In this document: positions 1 to 10,330 of the stretch, piece after piece
Position numbering within the stretch: position 1 is the first letter of the stretch
How the letters are laid out: each line of letters starts with the position of its first letter
Origin: Azolla caroliniana
Taxonomy: Eukaryota > Plantae > Polypodiophyta
Assembly (NCBI GenBank): GCA_043228905.1
Contig: JBHGNT010000002.1
Coordinates: forward strand, 23,188,001 to 23,252,000
Length of the DNA stretch: 64,000 bases
Direction of reading: 5' to 3'
Position numbers and translations under genes: made by a program
Notes under the pieces: model-generated
Databases searched by the model: none
The model's input: the letters and a program-made list of their open reading frames with translations, nothing else
What the model was told of the DNA's origin: nothing

Positions 1-19
1 GCTCCATATAGATTTCCTC

Positions 20-331
20 CTATAGGTCACCGTGGAGGAATGTCGTTTTTACATCTAGCTGAATCAGCTCCAAGTTGTCGGCGGCCACGACGCCGAGCAT
101 GAAACGAAGGGTCGTCATTTTCACCACTGGTGAAAAGATTTCGTTGAAGTCGACGCCAAATTCTTGTCGAAATCCCTTCGCAACTAATCTGGCCTTGTAC
201 TTTGGGGTGTTTGAGTCGGACGTCTCTTTTAGTCGATAGACCCACTTACACGGAAGAGCACGTCGATTCTTTGGTAATTCAACCAAGTCCCAGGTCTTGT
301 TTGCCCGAATGGAGTGCATTTCTGACTCCAT
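20..331 (-). pseudogene. copia reverse transcriptase fragment
   Basis: KWVYRLK, YKARLVAKGF, FSPVVK, QLDVKTTFLHGDL motifs; premature stop. Confidence 0.9.
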
Positions 332-967
332 CGCGAGATGCCATGTGGTTGAATCGGCAGATGCCGATGCTTCTTAGTAAGACGTCGGTTCGACGGCGTC
401 GGTAAAGAAAATTCCGGGAGAGTACCTCTCTAGAGGTTGCGACAGTCTCTCGGATCTATAAGGTATGACTGAACTAGTCGCACCGGGTGTTAATGTCGGA
501 TGGTCGGGAGTTGAGCCATTCGGCTCTGCCGAATCGGTGGATTCGGTGCGAGAGTTGTTGGTTACCCGTGAGACCAATCTCGTGTTGTGGGCTGGGCCGT
601 CATGAATGGTTGGCACTTCGGAAAATATTACCCTTCGGACTTCAATAGGCCTTTCGGCCGTTTTATGCATAGCCGACTCGTTGAACACGACGTCTGAACT
701 TCAGACGATTTGTCTGTTCTCGGGGTCCCAGAGTCGGTATCTGATCTCACCGTCGGGTCCATATTCAAGAAAAACACATTTCCGTGACCTTGGTTCGAGT
801 TTCTGGCGGTTGTCTTTCGGTATGAGAGCATACGCCTCGCAGCCGAAGCTCCTCAGTTTGTCATAATTCGGCTTACTGCTGGTCCATATTTCTTGAGGTA
901 TTTGAAGTCCTAGAGGTCTACTTGGCAACATATTTATTATGCATACTACCGTAAGTAGAGCCTTCGC

Positions 968-1351
968 CTAGAAGCCATCCGACAGTCCGGAGTGTTGGAG
1001 CATGGAGACTATGCGTTCTTGAATCGTCCGCTTCATGCGTTCAACAATTCCGTTCTGCTCCGGACTATAGGGTGTCGTATATTCACGTCCAATGCCGCGT
1101 TCCCGGCAGAATTTGACGAATTCTTCAGACTTGAATTCTCCTCCATTGTCAGTTCGGAGACATTTCAGTTTCCGACCGGTCTGATTTTCGACAATTGCAA
1201 GCCATTCGGAGAAGATCGAGAACATCCGATCTTTGGTTCTCATAGGGTAAGCCCACACCTTCCGAGTTGAGTCGTCAATAAAACTGACGAAGTACGAAGC
1301 ACCACTGAGAGACTGATATGGCATCGGGCCACAGACGTCCGAGTGGACCAA
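968..1351 (-). pseudogene. copia integrase core fragment
   Basis: HSDVCGP, FIDDSTR, LRTDNGGEF, PEQNGIVER. Confidence 0.9.
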
Positions 1352-1432
1352 ATCGAGTGGGCTCGATTCTCTTGGTGCTAATGTCAGGTGTGATGCGGCT
1401 ACCTGTTTGCTGTACCAGCAATGCTCGCAGAA

Positions 1433-2647
1433 TTAGTGATCCGAGAAGGAGAGCTTGGGGATGTAACTGGCTCTGGATAGGTGCGTTATGCCGGCCTTTC
1501 TGAGGTGTCCAAGTCGTTCGTGCCATAACGATGACACGGGGATATCAACCATAAACAAGTCACCCTCTTTGAGTGTGACATATAAAGGATACAAGGAATG
1601 TACCTTTGGTCCTCGAGCAAGCAGGAGGTTCCCTTTGTGGAGTGTCCACCATCCCGATGAGAATCCGGCACGGATGCCGGCTTCGTCAAGTTGTCTGACT
1701 GAGATCAAGGGTCTTGAGAGCTCAGGAACGTGTCGGACATTGTGTAGTACGAGTGCAGAGCCTCTCGGAAGATTGAGCTCTACGGTGCCGATTCCAATTA
1801 TAGGACAATGCTGCAAGTTTCCGACTCGAACTGAGTCGGAGTGTCGGTGTTGGTCCGAGTATTGCTGAAACTGAGATCGGTGAGGTGTCACATGATACGA
1901 TGCGCCTGAGTCCAGAAGCCATGTGCTTGATTCCTCAGTCATGAGCAGAACTTCTGATTCGACTGGGTTCTCTATGGACAATCTGTTCAGATTGGTCGTC
2001 AAAATTTCGGCTGAAGAGCCGACGTAGTTGACATCCTCATGCCGGCTACTCTTCTGATCCGCTCTCTGAGCTTTGTCGGTTTTTGCTTTGAGTGCCCGAC
2101 AGTCGGCTTTGATGTGTCCCGGTTTCTAACAGTAGTTGCAGATTCGGTTGTCTCGGGACTTGCTCCAGCTTCGTTGATTGTTAGGCGGTCGGGAAGAACT
2201 TCTTCCCCGGTTGTTCGATCGGTCGGTCGAACCTTGTACTACGTAAGCATCATCTGCCGAGTCTTTGGCGAAGGACTTTCTCTGAGCTACTTCAGTCAGG
2301 ATTGTGCTCGTGACTTCGGAGTACTTAACGGCAGCTGTTGAAGCATTGCACATGGTTGTAACGAAAGTTTCCCATGAAGAGGGGAGACTACTCATGAGTA
2401 TCATTGCTCTGAGTTCATCCTCAATTGCCATCCCCTGAGACGAGATTTGGGAGCTTATGCTTTTGTACTCGTTGAGGTGCGCCTGAACCGAATCAGATTC
2501 TTTCATCCGCAGATTGTAGAGGCGCCGAATCAGATACATCTTCGTTGCGTTAACCTTCTTTTCATAAGTTTCCGAAAGTGTTTTCCAAAGTTCAAACGTT
2601 GTCGTGTAGGATTGCATTGTGAAGTACACTGACTCCGATAAGTGCAT
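1433..2647 (-). pseudogene. copia gag / protease / GAG-pre-integrase fragments
   Basis: UBN2-like gag (LWKTLSETYE..LMSSLPSSW), zinc knuckle start, DSGA protease motif, LWHERLGH. Confidence 0.88.
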
Positions 2648-3805
2648 CCGAATCGTGGCGCAGACGATTCTGTCCAGCTTTACCCACTCGTTTGCCTTGT
2701 ATGCTTCTAGAGGATTTTCATTCTCAATCGGGTCTATCTGCCCTTGACTATGAGATAGTCCTGCATTTGTTCCTTCCAGAAGTTGAAGTTCGAACCGTCG
2801 AACCTCCGTAGACTCATCTCTGATGAGCCGGATGTTGATGCTATCTGCTTCGGTTTCGGTTGGTAAAACTCGGTTCGGAGTTGACTACGAACCTTGGTGG
2901 GGTGCAGTCGGTTGGCTGACCCGATATCGTTCTAGTCAGTTTTGAACCTGAACCGGGTGTCTCATACCGTTGCGAGGGTCTGCCCCCCCCGGTCTTTCCC
3001 GCTCGCTTGTCTTCCACCAGAACCTCGTAGTTCTGGCACGCGGCTTCCACGAAGCCCGTCTTCTCTTCGACCGAGTCACTCCACCCGGTTACCTCCCGGA
3101 CCCGTCTTTCCGCGTGGTCCGTTTCCTCTTTCCTCTACCGTACGCCGGCGAGGCCTTCCAGCACCAACGGCTAGAATCCAGCTTCCTTCGTCTTCCGGTC
3201 TTCATCGCTTCCGACCTAGATTCCAGCCATCGCCGAGTAGTGGACGGTCTCCGCGTGGCGAGCCGTCGCTTCTTCCATCATCCGTTTCATACCCTCTCGT
3301 TCGACATTCAGATCCAAGGCCCTCCGGGTCTCGCTAGCGTGCACCCGACTGTTCCATACGTACACCACGTTAGCTCTTATCGCTTCAGCGAAGTCCCCGC
3401 AGTCCTTTCGGGCGTGGCCGACTGCGTTGCACCACAAGCACCGGAGGCCTTCGGTCACAGACTTGTTCCCCGCCGTCGCTCCGTTCTTGCGCGATCTGGA
3501 GGTCCCTCACCATCAGAGTGAGTTCCTCCAAAGCCACTCCTCCGGACGAGCCTTTGACCATGCCAGTCGAAGTCGAGCCCATCTCGAGCCCATCTCGGGT
3601 CTCTTCCCTTCGCGCCGGTGGGGGTACCTCGACCTTCCTTGTCGCAATAGAACCCGCCCCCGTCAGGCCTTTATCGACCCACTCACGCCGTTTGTCAAAG
3701 CGGCCGCATGCTCTCTTTACCACGGCCCAGTCGGTTGTTAGGCCGTTGTCGTGAAGAATGTGCTTCACGATATAAAAATGAGCTTAAATGTTGTATTTAA
3801 TAATA

Positions 3806-4005
3806 TTTGAGAGACTTGAACCCACATCCTTACATACGAAATACAATGTACATACCACTAGGCTAGGCTATTTATTTGTAAAAGTTAACAAATCTGCATC
3901 ATGATATAAGAATGAAGCTATATATTGTATTAAGTAAAATTGAGAGACTTGAACTCTCAACCTTGTATACCAAACACAAAGTATACACCACTAAGCTAGG
4001 TTAGT
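3806..4005 (-). promoter_or_regulatory. Two tandem tRNA-like Pol III A/B-box modules (133-bp period)
   Basis: A box TAGCCTAGTGG (3865-3855) with B box GGTTCAAGTC (3822-3813); A box TAGCTTAGTGG (3998-3988) with B box AGTTCAAGTC (3955-3946); tRNA-like spacing, no intact cloverleaf. Confidence 0.75.
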
Positions 4006-4268
4006 TATTTTAAAATACATTTTCATCATTATACTTATCCCATATCTACTTTCATACATGGGAGCTCAAGTGAGCATGATGGCTACCATGCATCACGTGC
4101 AATACATGTGCGCCAAATGGCGATCATGCATTACATGTAACTCATGCATTGCATGCATGCCATGCTCCCATACATTATCATATGCATGCCAACACTTATA
4201 TAAAGAGGGGCAAGGAAAACAAGAAGAGAATAAAAAAGAGAGAGTGAGAAAATAATATAATCAACTAA

Positions 4269-4341
4269 AGAAGACTAGCTCATTGGGTGGAGAACCTCTC
4301 GTTTCGAAGTTGAGTTCGTGGGTTCAAATCAAGGGTCAATA
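4269..4341 (+). promoter_or_regulatory. tRNA-like Pol III A/B-box module
   Basis: A box TAGCTCATTGG 4276-4286, B box GGTTCAAATC 4321-4330, tRNA spacing. Confidence 0.72.
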
Positions 4342-4916
4342 GAGAATGTGTTCAGTTTGCGATCGAGGATTGTAAAGTTGGTAAAATATTATATTTTTAA
4401 TATACATCATGTTTATATCATATACTCTTGTTCCTTGAATCATACTTTGTCTCAATCTTCATTCTTGAATCATACATTGTCTCAATCTTCTTTCTTGAAG
4501 CATACATTGTCTCTATCTTTTATCTATGCTCATCTCTCTCTCTCTCACACACACACACACATTACTTGTAACTCTTCTTATTACTATCCTTCACCACTCT
4601 ATCATCACCATACAAGGCTTATTAAAAGTTAAGTTTCTTCAACTCCCCTTAACCTTAGTCCTCGCGACTTCGCCGCACGAACCACAACTACCCCGACACC
4701 GTCATCGGTCTCCAGCAGGAAGCCCACTTCCTCCCGGTCCCTTGCGTCCACCAATTTAACGAACAATAGGACACGACTCGTGTCCAGCACGGTCCGGTCC
4801 AGCACCGAAAGTCGTGCGAAGCGTTCATCAAACTCCCGAAGGAGCATCGACGCGTTTCTCCCCTTTTCGGGGGTCTCCACCCATTCCATGAAGTTCCGCT
4901 TTGACATACGCAGCGC

Positions 4917-5681
4917 TGTCGTGAAGATTTTCGTCCACAAGCGGAAACCGGGAAACATTGGCTACATCGGCGGGGTGCAGCGTGTGTACGTACCCATGTA
5001 CATTTAGTGTGAATATCGAGGGCGCCTTTATGGCGCCGAAGAGTAGTTAAGTCAGGACAGACAATCCCATGTAAGTCGGGATTTGTCCCACATTGTAACA
5101 CATCCCTTTCCTTGTTCTATAAAAGGAAGGGAACGCCCTTTGTGAAAGGGTTGCCCATTTTGCATTAGAGGGTATACCATTAGGTTCAGAGTTAGCTTCT
5201 TCTTCTTCTTCTCCTTCGTGTTCACTTAGGGTTTGCTGCAGCTCATCTCTTGTGCAAGACCCCGCTCGGCGCGACGAGCCTGAGAGCTCCCCGACGGCGG
5301 CTTGACAGCAGACGACTGTTGTAAGCTATCTTGGTCCGGCTCGAAGTCGGGAATGTATTCTTCATATATATACATACATATACGTTTACGTTTGTCTGTG
5401 TATATTCGCGTCGCTGTTGGCGTCGGGTGCTTACCCTCTCCTGCGTTTTCTGTACATAAGGCGCAAGTCGAATTGAGCTATGTGTACGAGTGTGTGGCTG
5501 TGTGTGTGTGTGTGTGTGTGCGTGAGTCGGTGTTAATCTCTCTCTCCCCCTTCAGTTGCTTCCGGTGTGTTTTTGGGATGCCCCGGAAACAGTGAAGCAC
5601 GACTTCCTACGCTCCATCGCTCTCTAGTCCAAGACCCCCGTGGTCCCGCCTTTCTCCACGCACGCGCGTAACAACGCGACA
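4917..5681 (+). repeat. 5' LTR of element B
   Basis: TGTCGTGAAG..CGCGACA; direct repeat of 15786-16553; TATAAAA near 5118. Confidence 0.93.
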
Positions 5682-5685
5682 TCTT

Positions 5686-5703
5686 TGGTGAACCCGACGT
5701 GAA
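5686..5703 (+). promoter_or_regulatory. Primer binding site, tRNA-Trp(CCA)
   Basis: TGGTGAACCCGACGTGAA is the reverse complement of the plant cytosolic tRNA-Trp 3' end (TTCACGTCGGGTTCA-CCA); 4-nt spacer TCTT after LTR. Confidence 0.88.
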
Positions 5704-5718
5704 AGGCGGCAAGGGAGG

Positions 5719-6912
5719 ATGGAGTCGGAAGATGACGACCTTGTGGAGATGGTGGCCGAAGTGGTGTTGGAGTCGGCACGAGTGGTGATGAGGCGAGAAG
5801 CAGCGCAACAAGCGGTTGAGCGAGTGGTCGAAAGAGTCGGCCGTTTCAACGGGGACAAAGTCCCATCTTACTTGGAAGTCTACAACACAGAAATGGAGGA
5901 GCGTGGCGTAGACGAGTCGTTGAGGCTGAAGTTCTTCTGCCGGGTCGTGGCTGTCCGGATGCATGCGGAAGTAAAGGAGCTCAGTGAGGCTCATAGTTCG
6001 TGGGAGGCCTTCGAAGAGGCGCTCCTGAAAGCATACGGAGGACGGCGGAAGAGCCGGGGACGGCACGACTTCGACCAGTGGGTAGCATCGGCAAAGACCC
6101 ACCGGGGTGCGACGAAGGCGTTCCGGGAGTTCGAGCGACGACTTGCTCGGCTCCCATAGCGGGAACAAGGTTTGGTGGGGGCGAAGAAAGTCTTTTTGTT
6201 CGTCAGGTCGATCGACCGAGCGGAACGGGAAGCCATCAGGATTGAGCTCGAAGACAATGATGGAGCGAATGGGCTTACGGAGGCCTGGTCGAAGGTCGGA
6301 AGGGTGTGCCAAAGGCTAGACAACGAGCGAGCCGAGAAGGCTAAGAGGAAGGTACGCGACGGCGTGCCATCACAGCGGGAAGAGGCCGAACGGCAAAGAG
6401 AGTTGGCAAGGGTCGACGTTGGGGCCAGGATTGCGGAGGCATACGCAACGCTCAAAGCGATGCTCGAGGAAGAGGGAGGATCGAGGCCAGAAGCTGAGAC
6501 CGAGGAGACGGACTTGTCCCACGCGACGGCGGAAGATCGGTACCACGGTACCACGGAAGGGGGTGCGGAACGAAACGCCCTCTCGACTTGCAGAGATAGA
6601 ACGGCCAAGGACGAGGCCGAGATACCGATCGCGGAATCGGAACGTTGGGACCAGCGGTTTCGGCCATGTCAGCCCGAGATCCGGGTCATTGGAGAAGCAA
6701 GCCTAGACGGGGCTTGCGCGATCGGTAAGAAAATGACCGCCGACCACGAAGAGTCGGTGGCTACGAACAAGGGCGTAAAACGGACGGGCGATTCTTTGTG
6801 TCTTCCCACACTTGCTCCCGAGACGATGGCAGTCGGGCCCGAGTGCCCACGTGAGTCCCAAGCGGAGGAAGGCAGCGGCGAATGGCCAAGAATCACCGGC
6901 GAGACGATATAG
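5719..6912 (+). pseudogene. Gag-like ORF of element B (in-frame stop at 6157-6159), with acidic repetitive tail
   Basis: GRFNGDKVPSYL..KVFLFVRSID resembles element D gag GRFSGKDATKYL..RVLLFVKSVD. Confidence 0.78.
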
Positions 6913-7468
6913 GGAAGGAGCGGACGAAAGCCCACGGACCCGATTCCGGAGAACTCGACAATTTGGCCCGTAAGCCCGTGTAAGACCGAGGAGATGGATG
7001 GTGGTACCGAGGAGTCCTGGCACGATGCCAGCGAAGACGGATGGGAAAAGGCCTGCGAGGAGGCCGAGGACGGACACGGCACGTGGAGATCCGCATTCCG
7101 ATACGGGTGGAGCGTGATCCGGTCGTGGGCCGTTCGATCGGGGCCGGATTCGGCATGAAGGTGCCAGTACGGAAGGGGGTGCGGGACGAGCCGCCCTCTT
7201 TTACATGGGGAGAAAGACCGACTGGGCGAAGGTCGAGATTTTGAATGAGAATGAAAGTCGGTCCTATAGGATTCCTTACACTGATCCGGCTGTAGGCCCG
7301 AGTGCCGGCGTGAGTCCTATAAGGGAGATCGATGGCGACAGGAGAACGGGACTCGGCAATCCGGGGAAGGACGAACGGACCTGGACGAGAACCGGGCGGA
7401 GCAGACTCCCGGATAACCATTCCGGGAGGGAGGAAGAGAGCAGGCCTACGAAGAGGCTGAGGACACGG

Positions 7469-8102
7469 TGTCGTGAGGAAAACCGTCCACAAGCAGAATC
7501 AGTGCACAGGAGCGTAGGAACCGGCTCTTCTCGAATGTTGTCCATAGAAGATCCTAGGCAGGTAGATTTAGTGGGTAGGAAGTAAAGGGGAAACGGCTCC
7601 TTCCTTGCCTATAAAAAGGAGGTAGACAAGAAGGGGGAGGGGATCGCGGAGAGTCGAGGACGAAGTGCTGTCGGTTTGCGTGCGAAGGCTTCTCTCTCTC
7701 TCTCTCTCTGGTTCGCAAACTCCATAGCTTCCTTTTGTGCAGGTTTCGGGAGGCTCGCGCTGCTCTGAGGAATGCTCGAGTGCTTCCGGCAGCACCTCCA
7801 ACCTGCTCCTGTCTTTCTGCGCGTTTACGAACAGGCATCGGCATCTGTTCGCCGGCCTGTTCAGTTGTAACCGACTTCGTGTTTTTGTTGCTTCCGTGTT
7901 CTTGTTGTTGTCTTTGTTAATACATACATACATTCGTGTCTCTCTGTGTCGCTGTCCCACTCGCGTCTTTGTGTCGAACGGCCGTGTCCCTGTGAATCTA
8001 CGCTCGCACGTAGTGTGTCTATTTTCCTTTCTCTCTTGCTCTTCGGTACAGGACCCCTGAGGTCCCGCCTCATTCCTCGCAGATGCGTGGAAAACCTCGA
8101 CA
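7469..8102 (+). repeat. 5' LTR of element D
   Basis: TGTCGTGAGG..CTCGACA, highly similar to 13761-14396. Confidence 0.95.
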
Positions 8103-8106
8103 TCTT

Positions 8107-8124
8107 TGGTGAACCCGACGTGAA
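8107..8124 (+). promoter_or_regulatory. Primer binding site, tRNA-Trp
   Basis: TGGTGAACCCGACGTGAA, identical to element B PBS. Confidence 0.88.
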
Positions 8125-8146
8125 GGAGGCAGTAGAACAGCAGAAG

Positions 8147-10273
8147 ATGAAAGGGTCGGATCTTGCGGAGGCCATGGCTTCGGCCGTGGATCGGATATTG
8201 AGTGCACGCGAGGGCACCGGCGCCCTCGACAGAGCCATTGAGGCGGTCGTCGGTACGATCGGCCGGTTCAGTGGAAAGGATGCCACGAAGTATTTAGCGT
8301 CCTACGGGGTAGAAATGCTGATGCGGGACATTCCGGAAGAGAGGCGTCTTGCCGGGTTTCCTTGAGTGGCGATGCCGAGCATCCATGTGGAGATGCTCGA
8401 GGTTCGGGCGGAGAGCCGTACCTGGGAGGAGTTCGGAGGCCGACTCCTAGAAAAATACGGGCTGGACGACGCGCTCCGGCTTTCGAAGCGGAACTTCATG
8501 GAATGGGTGGAGTCCCCCGCCAAGGGAAGAAACGCGTTGGCACTCCTCCGGGAGTTCGAAGAACGCTTTGCGCACTTTTCGGCGCTTGACCGAACCGTTC
8601 TGGATACGAGCCGGGTCCTACTGTTCGTCAAGTCGGTGGACGAGCGGGATAGGGATCAAGTCGGCTCCTTGCTGGAAACCGAAGACGGGTTGATAACCGA
8701 CTGGGCTGCGGTTAAGAGAGTCTGTGGCCGTTTCGACAAACGCCGAGAATGGGCTGACAACGGGGCGGCCGGTGCGGGCTCTGTCACAGCAAGGAGGCTT
8801 GAACCGGCACCGCAAGTGCGAAGGGAAGAAACCCGGGAAAGGCTCAAAACCGGTTCGGCTTCGACCGGCATGGTCAGTGGCTCGTTCGGAGGGGCAGCAC
8901 TGGAGGAGTTGACGCAGGCGATAAAGGAACTCCAGATCGCCCAGACTCGAAGGGAAGGCGGCGAACCGGCTCGTGACCGACGGCCGGCAGTGGGGAACAG
9001 GTGCATGTGGTGCGACGAGGTAGGCCACATTCGGAAGGACTGCGGCGATTTCGCAGAGGCGTTGAGGAACCGGGTGGTGTACCTGTGGGAAGGCCGGGTG
9101 CACGCCGACGACACCAAGAGGGCCCTGAACCGAAACGACGGGCGAGGAGGAATGAAGAGACTGATGGAAGAGGCAGCGGCCCGACACGTGGAGGCCATCC
9201 ACTACTCGGCGTCGGCCGGCATTCGGGTCGGGGGCAGCGAGGCCCGAAAGGAGGGCAAAGACGGATTCTGGTCGGCAATGTTGGAAGATCTCGCCGGCCC
9301 GCGGCTAAGGAAAGATGAAACGGACTGCGCTGAGAGACGGGTCCGGGAAATAACCGGGTGGAGCGACCCGGTCGAGGAGAAGACGGGCTTCGTAGAAGCC
9401 GCCTGCCGGAACTACGAGGCTCTGGTAGAAGACAAACGAGTGGGGAAAGCCGGAGCGGCCGGGCCCTCACAACGGTACGAGACCCGATTCGGGCAACGAC
9501 GGAACGATGCCGGCGGGTCCATCTCGCAAGATAACCCCAGGAAGGGCGGATACCGACTGGGGACGGAAATAGAAAGGACTACGGACCTACGAAAGGTCCT
9601 AGAAGAACGGATCCTCGACAGCAAAGTGGAGCTGTCATTGCGAGAGGTGTTAGGGATCGCCAAGAAGGAGTTCCACGACTCCATTGTAGACCTGGTGAAA
9701 CGGAAGAGGCTGTCGACGGAGACGGAACCGGAAAGACCGGTGGAGGTGCGGACGACACACATCGACGACATGGCGCTGGAAGATGAGTGGGCGGAGAGCC
9801 ACTATTCAAGGCCGCACTGGGCCCGAGCAACCACGGAGACCCCGGTGAAGATCGGAGATGTTCAGGAACCGGTGGTGGCATTGGTGGACCACGGTTCGGA
9901 AATAAACCTGATGTCAATGGACTTCTATAAGAAGGGAAAGTGGCCGATCAACACCAAGCACGGGTGGAAGATACGGGCGGCGACGCGCGCCACCGAGGAG
10001 CTGCACAGGGCCTGCCCGAACGTGCGAGTCAAGATCGGCGACGTTGAGATTGACCAGCACTTCTTCGTACAGGAGACGTCCTCGCATCCGATCATATTAG
10101 GGGAACCATACATCACAGCGGCACGAATGGAGACCAGAGTGCTGGACAACGGTTCGGCCTACGTGAGGGTCAAGAGCCAGGACGGGCGCCATTCGGTCCA
10201 ATTTTTGACGGTGCGACCGAACCACGAGCGAAACCGCGAATCCCTCGGTGGCGAGAACCGGGAGGATTTTTAG
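8147..10273 (+). pseudogene. Gag-protease ORF of element D (one premature TGA at 8363-8365)
   Basis: CCHC knuckle CMWCDEVGHIRKDC; aspartic-protease-like ALVDHGSEINLM..IILGEPYI. Confidence 0.9.
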
Positions 10274-10330
10274 AGAGGGCTGCCAAGGCGTGGGGCCGAG
10301 ACAGTCCGGACACTCGGGAAAGACCCCGCG
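10264..10330 (+). promoter_or_regulatory. Predicted -1 ribosomal frameshift signal (G_GAU_UUU plus pseudoknot)
   Basis: Heptamer 10264-10270 directly before gag-PR stop; -1 frame open from here into RT; stems GGGCTG/CAGTCC and CGTGGGG/CCCCGCG. Confidence 0.72.

Larger units (their letters stand above)
1..2956 (-). mobile_element. Ty1/copia LTR retrotransposon, degenerate (copy 1); continues off the left edge, 5' LTR/PBS missing
   Basis: Minus-strand ORF fragments in copia order: gag (2126-2647, LIRRLYNLRMKE, CCHC start CNYC), protease WLLDSGASYH and GAG-pre-integrase (1433-2002), integrase VHSDVCGP..RTDNGGEF..PEQNG (968-1351), RT TWDLVELP..YKARLVAKGF..QLDVKTTFLHGDL (20-331); broken by stops and frameshifts. 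Confidence 0.95.
3747..4698 (+). mobile_element. Solo LTR (AT-rich, ~950 bp) carrying three tRNA-like A/B-box modules
   Basis: TGTCG..CGACA termini, 4-bp TSD CCGT (3743-3746 / 4699-4702), TATATAAA near 4198; second copy inverted at 18897-19844. Orientation inferred from TATA and shared TGTCGTGAAG start. Confidence 0.88.

Noticed and set aside
1536-2956. Segmental duplication or assembly artefact with 18250-20610
   Set aside because: The two copies differ by many substitutions and indels and by an independent solo-LTR insertion, so they are separate copia copies.
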